Shown piece after piece: positions 31,645 through 41,224 of a stretch of 64,000 nucleotides of DNA. The notes under the pieces were generated by a model. The model had not been told where the DNA came from, did not search any database, and saw only the letters and a program-made list of their open reading frames with translations. Every line of letters begins with the position of its first letter. The first letter of the stretch is position 1. This DNA is from Gammaproteobacteria bacterium (GTDB taxonomy: Bacteria; Pseudomonadota; Gammaproteobacteria; Eutrophobiales; Eutrophobiaceae), in the NCBI GenBank assembly GCA_965215365.1, contig CBDCDS010000003.1, positions 64,001-128,000 of the forward strand, in the 5' to 3' direction. A program made the position numbers and the translations under genes.

Positions 31645-32628
31645 CTAACCTTGTGAGTTGCCATAGACAGGTTTTGCTTCCTGCCATGACAGGATTGAGT
31701 AGGGCGCTCGGGGGTCGTTATTCAGCGCCAGAACTACATCGAGCTGCAACCTGCTGTTGCCGATGCCACCTGTGCTGCTGATATGAAACACATTGCCGCG
31801 CGCGCCGCCAAAAAAGCCGGGATTGATGCCCGGCGGCGGGTTCGGCGTCTCATTGCCGTCGCCTCGGGCAAGCAGGAATGCGTCAACCGCCTCTTCGTCA
31901 GCGCCGGGCAGCGCCAACAACGTCGCACGGGTGGCGGCCGGGAGATAGAGGGTCGGTTGCCCGGAATAAAGCGTCAGCGCCGGATAAATTCTGGCGAAAA
32001 CCTCATTGCTCATGCCCGCCACCAGGCGCAACTGTTCAATGCTGTTGAAGGGCGCATCCTGTGCGCCATAACCAGCGTGTTCATAGTCTCTGTCCTCGGC
32101 GCCGGGGTTACGCCGCACGCTGTCCGGGTCGCGCCAGTCCAGGATAGCGTTCAGCATCAAATCCACATCGTCGCCGGGTTGAGCAGCCTGTTCCAGCAGT
32201 GCTCGCAAGAGTTCGTCATGCGCTGTATTCAGGTCAACCTTGCCAGCCTCGTTGTGGATGCGCAGGCGAATATGGCCATCGCCAAAGTCCAGTGAATAAG
32301 GTGTGCCATCCTGTAACCATTGCCGCTCGGCCTCGGGTTTCAGCAAATCGGCCAGCGCCAGCCACACCCCGGCTTCCGCCACCGCCCGCGACCGGGCCAG
32401 TTCCAGCGCGTGGCTGGCAAGCCTGGTTTCGGTGCGCGTGGCATAGCCGTAACCAACCGCCAGGATAGTGAGCAGGCTCAGCAGCCACAGCGCTAATACC
32501 AGGGCCGCGCCGTCTTGCCCGCGGCGGCGCGGCCGCCGCTCATGCTTGTCGGCAGCAACACCTGTCCCGAGCGCGCTGCCAGATTCGCAATGAGCGTCGG
32601 TCGACGACATAGCTTGAGGCAGCCGCAT
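31645..32628 (-). CDS. gspK: Type II secretion minor pseudopilin K
   Basis: Basic leader plus G-AALVLALW prepilin site; EAGKVDLN, AILDWRD, FNSIEQL. Confidence 0.9.
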   Translation of the reverse strand: MRLPQAMSSTDAHCESGSALGTGVAADKHERRPRRRGQDGAALVLALWLLSLLTILAVGYGYATRTETRLASHALELARSRAVAEAGVWLALADLLKPEAERQWLQDGTPYSLDFGDGHIRLRIHNEAGKVDLNTAHDELLRALLEQAAQPGDDVDLMLNAILDWRDPDSVRRNPGAEDRDYEHAGYGAQDAPFNSIEQLRLVAGMSNEVFARIYPALTLYSGQPTLYLPAATRATLLALPGADEEAVDAFLLARGDGNETPNPPPGINPGFFGGARGNVFHISSTGGIGNSRLQLDVVLALNNDPRAPYSILSWQEAKPVYGNSQG

Positions 32629-32714
32629 ATCTCCCCTGAAAAATCAAAACTGGCTGTGCAGTATATGGATATGCTGCCATTTTTACCATGCAAAGTTCAT
32701 TTGCAAAGACATTT

Positions 32715-32772
32715 TATGAAATAAAACTACTTAAATTATTGTAAAAATCTAAAAAAGTAGTAATATTTCATA
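32715..32772. promoter_or_regulatory. Pair of inverted RpiR/HexR-like operator sites
   Basis: tatgaaataaaactactt and aagtagtaatatttcata are 16/18 complementary, in the AT-rich region before the catabolic operon. Confidence 0.6.
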
Positions 32773-32801
32773 TTGTCTATTATCACACGGGGGTGGATTG
32801 C

Positions 32802-33194
32802 ATGAGTTTTCAGCGTATCGGCGGCGTTAAAACGGGTAGTGGCGGGCAGCGATTGCCATTCTGTCAGGCGGTCAGGGCGGGAGATTATGTGTATGTCTCA
32901 GGCCAGGTAGCCATGGATGGGCGCGGTGAGATTATTGAGGGAGGGATCGTGCCGCAAGCCCACCAGACCATTGACAATGTCGTTGCCATCCTGAAGCAGG
33001 CCGAGTGTACTCTCGCAGACGTGGTAAAAGTCAATGTCTGGCTGGATGATACCAGGGATTTTCAAGCATTTAATCGCGTCTATGCCGACTATTTCGGTGA
33101 CCACCCGCCCGCCCGTTCCTGTGTACAATCCCGGCTCATGGTCGATGCAAAAGTAGAGCTGGATGTTATTGCCTACAAGCCCATGACAAAGTAG
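32802..33194 (+). CDS. RidA/YjgF-family enamine/imine deaminase
   Basis: VYVSGQV, VVKVNVWL, FNRVY, PARS, KVELD. Confidence 0.93.
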   Translation: MSFQRIGGVKTGSGGQRLPFCQAVRAGDYVYVSGQVAMDGRGEIIEGGIVPQAHQTIDNVVAILKQAECTLADVVKVNVWLDDTRDFQAFNRVYADYFGDHPPARSCVQSRLMVDAKVELDVIAYKPMTK

Positions 33195-33198
33195 CTCA

Positions 33199-34374
33199 AT
33201 GAGTTACTCGGTCTATACGTACCCCTGGAATTTTACTGCGGATAATTACCGGCGCCGGCTGGATGACATTCAAGCCCTGGGCTTGCAGGGCATCAATCTG
33301 GCTGCGAGTTACCATGCTGGCAAGTTTATTCACCCCGGCGGCGTGCGCGGTCGTGTTTATTTCCCCGAGGACGGTGTGCTTTATTTCAAGCCACGCGCGG
33401 ATTATGGGCGCATCCGACCGGTCGCCAGCAGCCTGCTCGAAGATATTGACATTTTCGCACTGCTAGGTGGCGTTGACGGCTTGCCACTGAATGCCTGGAC
33501 GGTTTTGTTGCACAACACCCGGCTGGGTCTGCAATACCCGCAGGCAACGGTCAGGAATGCTTTTGGGGACGCCTACGTCTATAGCTTGTGTCCGGCCCAT
33601 CCCGAGGTGCGCGCGTATGCCGTGGCCCTGTGCCAAGACCTTGCCGCGCATTATCCGGTCAATAGCCTGCTGCTCGAGACCCCGGGTTACATGGCCTATC
33701 ACCATGGCTACCACCATGAATTTGCACAGGTATCCCCCAACACCTGGCTGGAGGCGCAGCTGGCGTTGTGTTTTTGCGAGCACTGTCTGGTTGGGGCCGA
33801 CCGAGTCGGCATCGACGGCGCGCGCTTGCGGGGAATGATCGCAGCGGCTATTGACGACTACCTGGACGGCAGTCAGGTCAACGGCCGCAGCAGCGCGTTG
33901 ACCTGGTTGGAAAATGATGTCCCTGAGCAGGCCGAGCTCGAGGCCTTTCTGGCTTGGCGCTGTGAGGTGGTGACGTCCTTGATCAGGGAAATTCGCGCAC
34001 GAGTGCGCCCGGAAGTGAACGTCAAGGTTATCACGACCACACAACCGTCGCATGCTACCAGCGTGCTGGAGGGCCATGACCTGCCGGCGTTGCAAGCCGC
34101 CGCTGACGGCCTGGAGGCGCCGTTGTATCAGTCATCGCCGGTAGCCTGCAAAGCAGAGGCTGAACAGGTGCTGAAGCAGGTCGGCACAGCAGCCTCCCTC
34201 AGCGTTATACTGCGGCCAGGCTGGCCGGATATGCATAGTGAACAGCAGCTTGTCGAAACACTGGCCGGCGCTGAGGCGCTGGGACTTCGGGATATCAATT
34301 TTTATAACTACGACATGCTGCGACCGCGGTACTTGCAGTGGTTGGAAAATGCGCTGAAGGGTGCCTCTAATTAA
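33199..34374 (+). CDS. Uncharacterised protein, probably a glycoside-hydrolase-like TIM barrel
   Basis: YTYPW, AASYHAG, LCPAHPEVRAY, CFCEHC, FYNY; fold is inferred. Confidence 0.6.
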   Translation: MSYSVYTYPWNFTADNYRRRLDDIQALGLQGINLAASYHAGKFIHPGGVRGRVYFPEDGVLYFKPRADYGRIRPVASSLLEDIDIFALLGGVDGLPLNAWTVLLHNTRLGLQYPQATVRNAFGDAYVYSLCPAHPEVRAYAVALCQDLAAHYPVNSLLLETPGYMAYHHGYHHEFAQVSPNTWLEAQLALCFCEHCLVGADRVGIDGARLRGMIAAAIDDYLDGSQVNGRSSALTWLENDVPEQAELEAFLAWRCEVVTSLIREIRARVRPEVNVKVITTTQPSHATSVLEGHDLPALQAAADGLEAPLYQSSPVACKAEAEQVLKQVGTAASLSVILRPGWPDMHSEQQLVETLAGAEALGLRDINFYNYDMLRPRYLQWLENALKGASN

Positions 34375-34404
34375 TAGAGGTGACCATAAATCGGAGGCAA
34401 ACTG

Positions 34405-35193
34405 ATGGAGGGTTATCGTTTTGACGACAAAATCGTGCTGGTTACCGGTGCCGCCGGGGGGGTAGGCCAGGGCTTGTGCCGATATTTTTGCGAGCGTGGC
34501 GCCAGCGTACTGGCGCAGGATAGAAACCACGCGTTATTGCAGCAGTTGGTTGACGAGTTGGGGGAAAATTGTACCTCGGTAGCTGCCGACGTGACCGATC
34601 TGCCGGCATTAAGGAAGGCCGTCGCGGCTGCGACGGACCGGGTCGGCGCGGTTGACATTCTGTTGAACAATGCCGGGGGCGCCTCTGCGACCGCCCTTGC
34701 CAACCTGACTCCGGAAGCATGGCAGCATGACCTGAATCTCAACCTGACCGGCGCTTACCACTGTGTCGAGACGGTCAAAGAGGCCATGTTTGCGCGCGCT
34801 CGGGGAGTGATTATCAATATCGGCTCCGTCAATTCACTCTCCACCCTCGGGCACCCTGCCTACAGCGCCGCCAAGGCGGGCCTGAGCAGCTACACCAAAG
34901 CGCTCGCCGTCGAGTATGGCAGCAAGGGAATCCGGGCAAACCTGCTGAATCTGGGCACCGTCAAAACCCAGGCATGGAACGAGCGATTGGCCAGGAACCC
35001 TAGAATCTTTGAAGAATTGAAGAAATGGTATCCCTTGAGAAACTTCGCAGAGCCGCAGGATGTGGCTGCCGTTTGCGGCTTCCTGGCCTCGCCGGATGCG
35101 CGCTACATCACCGGCGCCATCATTCCTGTCGATGCCGGTCTGACTGCCGGCAATACCGTGCTGGCCGCGGCGCTGACGCTTGAGGAATTTTAG
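34405..35193 (+). CDS. Short-chain dehydrogenase/reductase
   Basis: TGAAGGVG, NNAG, YSAAK. Confidence 0.93.
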   Translation: MEGYRFDDKIVLVTGAAGGVGQGLCRYFCERGASVLAQDRNHALLQQLVDELGENCTSVAADVTDLPALRKAVAAATDRVGAVDILLNNAGGASATALANLTPEAWQHDLNLNLTGAYHCVETVKEAMFARARGVIINIGSVNSLSTLGHPAYSAAKAGLSSYTKALAVEYGSKGIRANLLNLGTVKTQAWNERLARNPRIFEELKKWYPLRNFAEPQDVAAVCGFLASPDARYITGAIIPVDAGLTAGNTVLAAALTLEEF

Positions 35194-35331
35194 CCCGCAG
35201 ATCTCACCAAGACCAGCGCGGGCGCATCAAGCGCAGTGGGTTAGGTGGAAAGAGCAGCAGTATTACCATAACTTATTGATAGCAATTATGTTTCACAAAG
35301 CAACAAGCGACTTGGTGGGATCTGCGGGCCA
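35191..35331. mobile_element. Internally deleted copy of the 243-bp palindromic MITE-like element
   Basis: tagcccgcagatctcacc ... ggtgggatctgcgggcca; central hairpin missing. Confidence 0.85.
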
Positions 35332-35332
35332 G

Positions 35333-36634
35333 GTGACGCTGACTCTGGAGCCGCTGCTGTCAGCCCCCTTGGAGGCAGGCACCAAAGGGCTTCCGTGCGC
35401 TGCCTCCGGGATAATGTTAGCGGAGGTCCCGGAACGTAACTGGAACCTGCTGCAAGGCTGCATCCCACTGCCTAGCGCCGTGCTCAAACAGCGGGTGCTG
35501 GAGCATAACGCCAAGTGGATGCAGGATTTTCAGGCACGCGCCGGCTTGTTGCTGGCGCCACATGGAAAAACCACCATGGCACCACAGTTGTTTGACTTAC
35601 AGCTGCGCCATGGCGCCTGGGGCATTACGGTGGCAACGGTGCAGCAGCTGCAGGTTTGTCGCCGGTTCGGTGTGCAACGCGTACTGATGGCGAATCAGTT
35701 GCTATCGAGCAACGATATTGCCTATGTGGCCGCGGAGCTGCGCCGGGATCAGGCGTTTGAATTTTATTGTCTGGTCGATTCTGTCGCCGGTGCAGAGCGC
35801 CTGCAACGGCATTTGGAATACGCCGGCGCCGCGCCGCCATTGCGTACATTGGTGGAGGTGGGCATGGTCGGTGGGCGCACGGGATGCCGCACGGCGCACG
35901 CGGCAATCCGGGTCGCGCAGCGTATCGCCACGCTGTCCCGGCTCTCCCTGCACGGGGTGGAGTGTTATGAGGGTATCATCGCCACCGGCGACCCGGCGCA
36001 AGACGAACAAGCGATTACGGCCTTGCTCGAACGCGCGCTGGATGTTTACCATGCCTGCAAAACGCAGCAGTTATTTGCCGATCAACACTGTGTGCTGCTC
36101 AGTGCCGGCGGCTCAGCCTGGTTTGATGTGGTGGCTGCTACATTTGGCCGTGTGCGCGACGAGACAGTCCGGGTCATTGTCCGTAGCGGTTGCTATCTGC
36201 CGCATGATTCATTGTTCTACCAGCGCCATTTCCAGGGCTTGCGGGCGCGGCGCCAGACACAGGCCGAGCCGGAAGATGCTCTCAAGCCGGCTCTGGAGGT
36301 CTGGGCCAGTGTGCAGTCGGTGCCGGAGCCGCAGCTGGCGGTGCTCAGTGTGGGCAAACGCGATGTGTCCCACGACCTGGAACTTCCCGTGGTGGAAAAG
36401 TGGTTCCGTCCCGGGGTGTCCGCAGCGCCGGCGCCGCTGACGGGGAGCGCAACCATCCGGGCGCTGCATGATCAGCACGCCTGTCTGCATTTTTCCGGGG
36501 GAACCGATCTGGCTGTAGGTGACATGCTCGCCCTGGGTGTGTCTCATCCCTGTACGACCTTCGATAAATGGCAGTTGCTGTGGCTGGTGGATGACGACTA
36601 TAACGTTACCGGCGGCATACGCACGTTCTTCTGA
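35333..36634 (+). CDS. PLP-dependent D-threonine aldolase / D-serine dehydratase family enzyme (amino-sugar acid dehydratase candidate)
   Basis: APHGKTTMAP, GGRTG, YEG, SAGGS, RSGCY, DQHA, SHPCTTFDKW; alternative ATG at 35288 lies in the MITE. Confidence 0.88.
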   Translation: MTLTLEPLLSAPLEAGTKGLPCAASGIMLAEVPERNWNLLQGCIPLPSAVLKQRVLEHNAKWMQDFQARAGLLLAPHGKTTMAPQLFDLQLRHGAWGITVATVQQLQVCRRFGVQRVLMANQLLSSNDIAYVAAELRRDQAFEFYCLVDSVAGAERLQRHLEYAGAAPPLRTLVEVGMVGGRTGCRTAHAAIRVAQRIATLSRLSLHGVECYEGIIATGDPAQDEQAITALLERALDVYHACKTQQLFADQHCVLLSAGGSAWFDVVAATFGRVRDETVRVIVRSGCYLPHDSLFYQRHFQGLRARRQTQAEPEDALKPALEVWASVQSVPEPQLAVLSVGKRDVSHDLELPVVEKWFRPGVSAAPAPLTGSATIRALHDQHACLHFSGGTDLAVGDMLALGVSHPCTTFDKWQLLWLVDDDYNVTGGIRTFF

Positions 36635-36643
36635 GTCACTGAC

Positions 36644-38146
36644 ATGTCTCAGTGCCATGATGTTACTATGCCGCAACGCTATGATCTGGTATTGCGTGGC
36701 GGCGAGCTCATAGACGGCAGTGGTGCCGCCCGCTCCCGTGCCGATGTCGCGGTGTGCGATGATCGAATCGCACATGTCGGCCGGCTGCACCGGCCGGATG
36801 CCGCGCGGATACTTGATATCAGCGGCAAGATTATCTGCCCGGGTTTTATTGATGTGCACACCCATGACGACCGGGCCTGTATCGACACCCCAGCCATGCG
36901 CCCCAAAACTAGCCAGGGGGTGACCACGGTGGTGGTTGGTAATTGCGGCCTCAGTCTGGCGCCGTTGATGGGCGCGGGCCGCCTGCCGGAGCCGTTGAAT
37001 CTGCTGGGCGAGGAGTCGGCATTTGAATTTGGCAATTTTCAAGACTATGTCGATGCCGTGAAACAAGCAAAACCAGCAGTCAACGTGCGGGCGCTGACAG
37101 GGCATTCGACCTTGCGCGTGGCGGTCATGCGCGAACTTGATAAAAAGGCCACCGCGCGCGAGCTTGACTCCATGTTGAAACTTCTTGATGACGCCCTAGA
37201 TGCCGGCGCCGCCGGCCTTAGCAGCGGCGTATTCTATCCGCCAGGCAGCGCCGCCGACCTAGAAGAGCTGGCAGCCCTGGCAGGACTCGTAGGGGAGAAA
37301 CAAGGAGTCTATGCGGTGCATCTGCGTGATGAATATGATCGGGTGCTCGAAGCTATGCAGGAGGCGGTGGACACCGCGCGCACGGGTCGGGTTCCCATGG
37401 TCATTTCCCATCACAAATGCGCTGGCGTGCAGAACTGGGGCAGAACGGCTGAGACCCTGGCGCTGCTTGATACGGCATCGCAGCAACAGGCCATCAACAT
37501 CGACTGCTACCCCTATACCGCCGGTTCCAGCGTGCTTGCTCCCGAACTGGTGGACGGCAGGATAAAAATTCTGGTCACCTGGTCGGCCGCCCAGCCTGAG
37601 CTGGGCGGGCGCTATCTTGATGATATTGCGGCACACTGGCGATGCAGCCAACAGCAGGCTGCCGAACGCCTGATGCCCGGTGGCGCCTGCTATTTTCAGA
37701 TGCACGAAGATGATGTGCGCAGAGTACTGCAACACCCGTCCTGCATGGTCGGCTCGGATGGTTTGCCGAACGATCCGCGCCCCCATCCCCGGTTGTGGGG
37801 AACGTTTCCCCGGGTGTTGGGACATTACGTGCGTGATGAAGGGTTGCTGCCGTTGGAGACGGCCATCCACAAGATGAGCGGTTTGTCGGCCTCGGTATTC
37901 AACATTTCGGCGCGGGGTCTGGTGCGGCCGGGTGCCTATGCTGACCTGGTAGTGTTTGATGCGGAAAAAATCCGTGACAACGCAACCTACGAAGCGCCAT
38001 GCGTAGCGGCCAGTGGAATCGACCATGTTCTGGTGAATGGCGAATTCGTACTGGACCAGGGAGAGGCAACCGGCCGCCGCGCCGGCCGATTTATCTCGCA
38101 TAAAGAAGGCGCGCATGCGGGTTTAGAGATTTCTGAAAGTTCTTGA
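36644..38146 (+). CDS. N-acyl-D-amino-acid deacylase family amidohydrolase
   Basis: PGFIDVHTHDD, GNCG, SHHK, GSDG, HPRLWGTFPRVLG. Confidence 0.93.
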   Translation: MSQCHDVTMPQRYDLVLRGGELIDGSGAARSRADVAVCDDRIAHVGRLHRPDAARILDISGKIICPGFIDVHTHDDRACIDTPAMRPKTSQGVTTVVVGNCGLSLAPLMGAGRLPEPLNLLGEESAFEFGNFQDYVDAVKQAKPAVNVRALTGHSTLRVAVMRELDKKATARELDSMLKLLDDALDAGAAGLSSGVFYPPGSAADLEELAALAGLVGEKQGVYAVHLRDEYDRVLEAMQEAVDTARTGRVPMVISHHKCAGVQNWGRTAETLALLDTASQQQAINIDCYPYTAGSSVLAPELVDGRIKILVTWSAAQPELGGRYLDDIAAHWRCSQQQAAERLMPGGACYFQMHEDDVRRVLQHPSCMVGSDGLPNDPRPHPRLWGTFPRVLGHYVRDEGLLPLETAIHKMSGLSASVFNISARGLVRPGAYADLVVFDAEKIRDNATYEAPCVAASGIDHVLVNGEFVLDQGEATGRRAGRFISHKEGAHAGLEISESS

Positions 38147-38156
38147 GGAGAATACT

Positions 38157-39782
38157 ATGATGATGAAAAAACTGTTCCAATGCTGCATCGGCCTGGTGTT
38201 ATTATCGGCGCTGTCGGAGGTGGCGCCGGCCGCGCAGCCTGAGCTTACAGTGATTCCACAACCACTGTCCTGGCAACCGACTCCGGCTGCGTTCACAATC
38301 GATGCCGGCACCACCGTAATTGCCACTGAAGACGCAGCGGCGTCGGCTTCCTGGCTTGCCCGACAGCTGCGTCAAGTCACCGGTTTTGAATTGCCCGTCC
38401 GGCGCGCCAAGGCTGCGGGTGATTCCGGCGCGCTCAGTTTGCGGCTGTTAGCGCCGCCGTCACAGCAGCCGGAGCTGGGCAAGGAGGGTTACCGCCTGCT
38501 GGTGGAAAATGGCCGGATAGAGATCTCCGCCAACGCGCCGGCAGGTCTGTTTTACGGTGTGCAGACACTGCTGCAGATGCTGCCTCCGGCCATTTACGCG
38601 CGGCAAGCCCGTTCCTTCAGCCCGGACGAACTTGCTATTGCCGGCATTGCGATAACGGACCGCCCCAGGTTCGGTTGGAGGGGGCTGATGATCGATGTCT
38701 CCCGTCACTTTTTCTCCAAGGAACAATTATTCAAAACCCTTGACGCCATGGCCATGCACAAACTCAATGTGCTCCATCTGCATCTGACAGATGACCCGGG
38801 TTGGCGTCTGGAAATTGATCAGTATCCGAAACTTGTCGATGTGGGTGCGGTCGGCGATATGTCCAATCCCGAGGGTCCGGCCCGGTGGTATTTTTCAAAA
38901 GATGAAATGCGCGAGATTATCGAGTATGCCAGACAGCGCCATATCAGGGTGGTGCCCGAGATCGATATGCCGGGTCACGCCTTGGCCGCGGCCAAGGCGT
39001 ATCCGCAATTTTTCGACGGCTACAAAACCTTCAATCCCGGCAACAAGGATACCTACGAATTTGTCAGAAACATTTTAACCGAAGTGATGGAGCTGTTTCC
39101 CTCCGGCTACCTCCACTTCGGCGGCGATGAGGTCAGAGACCATCGCTGGGCCGAACTGCCCGAGATTGCCGCCCTCATGCAGGAACATGGTTTTACCGAC
39201 CTGCATGAAGTAGAAGGGTATTTTGACCGTTTTGTCGCGGACTTCATCGTCGAGCAGGGCTACACGCCCATCGGTTGGGACGAAGTGGTTAATTTTGACG
39301 TCAATCCGGCGACGGTGGTGCAATGGTGGTTGCATCTTCGGCCCGAGACGCTGGACCTTGCTATCAAGAAGGGTCATCAGGTCATCATCTCGCCCACCAA
39401 CTACCTGTATTTCGACTATCCCAACTACGTGGGAGAGCCGGGCGCCCCCTGGGAAGGGAACGAAAACGGCCCCAATTCGGTGGAGCTGATTTACCAGTGG
39501 GAACCGGTCCCCGATACCTGGACGTCCGCGCAGGAAGCGCAAGTCCTGGGGCTGCAAGCCAACCTGTGGACGGAGTTGATCAAAACCAACGAGTATTATG
39601 AATACATGATCTTTCCCAGGTTATCTTCTTTGGCAGAAATAGCCTGGAGCCCAAAAGGGGACAAAGATCTGGAGGGTTTCCAGCGCCGCATCGAAATTCA
39701 GTGTCAACGCTATGAGGCAATGGGGCTCAACTACCGCAAGTACGAACAATGGCCCAGTGACTTCAGGTACATGAGACACTGA
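38157..39782 (+). CDS. GH20 beta-N-acetylhexosaminidase, secreted
   Basis: Signal peptide; DRPRFGWRGLMIDVSRHF, HLHLTDD, PEIDMPGH, HFGGDE. Confidence 0.95.
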   Translation: MMMKKLFQCCIGLVLLSALSEVAPAAQPELTVIPQPLSWQPTPAAFTIDAGTTVIATEDAAASASWLARQLRQVTGFELPVRRAKAAGDSGALSLRLLAPPSQQPELGKEGYRLLVENGRIEISANAPAGLFYGVQTLLQMLPPAIYARQARSFSPDELAIAGIAITDRPRFGWRGLMIDVSRHFFSKEQLFKTLDAMAMHKLNVLHLHLTDDPGWRLEIDQYPKLVDVGAVGDMSNPEGPARWYFSKDEMREIIEYARQRHIRVVPEIDMPGHALAAAKAYPQFFDGYKTFNPGNKDTYEFVRNILTEVMELFPSGYLHFGGDEVRDHRWAELPEIAALMQEHGFTDLHEVEGYFDRFVADFIVEQGYTPIGWDEVVNFDVNPATVVQWWLHLRPETLDLAIKKGHQVIISPTNYLYFDYPNYVGEPGAPWEGNENGPNSVELIYQWEPVPDTWTSAQEAQVLGLQANLWTELIKTNEYYEYMIFPRLSSLAEIAWSPKGDKDLEGFQRRIEIQCQRYEAMGLNYRKYEQWPSDFRYMRH

Positions 39783-39816
39783 TAGGCGCCTGCCTGATAA
39801 CGCGGCCACACATTAC

Positions 39817-40443
39817 TCAAGCAGTCAGGCTGTCGCGGCAGGCGGCGACTAGCGTGGCCGCCGCCGCGCTGAGCTCAGCTAAGGATTTACCTGGCTTGTA
39901 GAGTGCCGAGCCGATACCAAATCCGTTGGTGCCGTGGCGCACATACTCCTTCATGTTGGCGCTGTTGATACCGCCCACCGCACACAAGGGAAACTGCGCC
40001 GGCAGCACGGCGCGCACAGCCTTAACGGCAGCCGGCGGCAGCAGCTCGGCCGGGAACAGTTTTGCTGCATCAGCGCCCGTTGCGAGGGCCGTCAGGAGCT
40101 CCGATGGCGTCAGGCTGCCCGGCATGGAGACCATGTTCAAGCGTTTTGTTGCGGCAATGACTGCCGGATTGGTATTGGGAGAGACTACCAGCTGCGCGCC
40201 GGCCTGATGCACGGCGCTGACCTCAGTGGCACTCAGTACCGTGCCGGCGCCAATCAGCGCCTTGTTGGCATAGTTTTTTGCCAACAGCTGAATTGAGGCG
40301 CAGGCGTCAGGGGAGTTCAACGGCACTTCCATCATTACTATGCCCACTTCCAGCAGCGTCTCAGCGACAGGTAGCGCCTCAGCCGGCGTGATGCCGCGCA
40401 AGATGGCAATTAACGGCAGAGTTTTCATATAATCATTGAGCAT
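39817..40443 (-). CDS. dgoA: 2-dehydro-3-deoxy-6-phosphogalactonate aldolase
   Basis: LPLIAILRGITP, EVPLNSP, GAGTV, KLFPAE, GIGSALYKPG. Confidence 0.92.
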   Translation of the reverse strand: MLNDYMKTLPLIAILRGITPAEALPVAETLLEVGIVMMEVPLNSPDACASIQLLAKNYANKALIGAGTVLSATEVSAVHQAGAQLVVSPNTNPAVIAATKRLNMVSMPGSLTPSELLTALATGADAAKLFPAELLPPAAVKAVRAVLPAQFPLCAVGGINSANMKEYVRHGTNGFGIGSALYKPGKSLAELSAAAATLVAACRDSLTA

Positions 40444-40493
40444 TTTTTATAACCTGCTTACATGTGGTGACCTGAGCGGCGCGCCAGTTTCCA

Positions 40494-41224
40494 TAGCCCG
40501 CAGATCTCACCGAGTGATGCGAAGATCGCGCCGGATTGGTTCTGCCTGCGGGTGCCTGCGCCCGAAAGCATAGCGGTAGCTATGGTTGAGGAAGCACGTG
40601 CCCGCAGGCAGAACCAAGACCAGCGAGGGCGCATCAAGCGCAGTGTGTCAGGTGGAAAGAGTAGCAGTATTACCATCACTTATTGAGAGCAATTATGTTT
40701 CACAAGGCAACAAGCGACTGGGTGAGATCTGCGGGTTAGCCCGCAGATCTCACCGAGTGATGCGAAGATCGCGCCGGATTGGTTCTGCCTGCGGGTGCCT
40801 GCGCCCGAAAGCATAGCGGTAGCTATGGTTGAACAAGCACGTGCCCGCAGGCAGAACCAAGACCAGCGAGGGCGCATCAAGCGCAGTGTGTCAGGTGGAA
40901 AGAGTAGCAGTATGATCATCACTTATTGAGAACCATCATGTTTCATAAGACGACAAGCGACTGGGTGAGATCTGCGGGTTAGCCCGCAGATCTCACCGAG
41001 TGATGCGAAGATCGCGCCGGATTGGTTCTGCCTGCGGGTGCCTGCGCCCGAAAGCATAGCGGTAGCTATGGTTGAGGAAGCACGTGCCCGCAGGCAGAAC
41101 CAAGACCAGCGAGGGCGCATCAAGCGCAGTGGGTTATGCGGAAAGAGCAGCAGTATGATCATCACTTATTGAGAACCATCATGTTTCATAAGACGACAAG
41201 CGACTGGGTGAGATATGCGGGTTA
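40494..41224. mobile_element. Three head-to-tail copies of a 243-bp palindromic MITE-like element
   Basis: Units start at 40494, 40737 and 40980; 18-bp TIRs TAGCCCGCAGATCTCACC / GGTGAGATCTGCGGGTTA share TA at the junctions; internal perfect 17-bp inverted repeat. Confidence 0.93.

Noticed and set aside
40458-41165. Three 73-80 aa ORFs as real genes
   Set aside because: They span unit junctions, lack an RBS and follow automatically from a period divisible by three; not listed as CDS without expression data
40494-41224. CRISPR array
   Set aside because: Whole 243-bp units are near-identical with no unique spacers, and no cas genes are present
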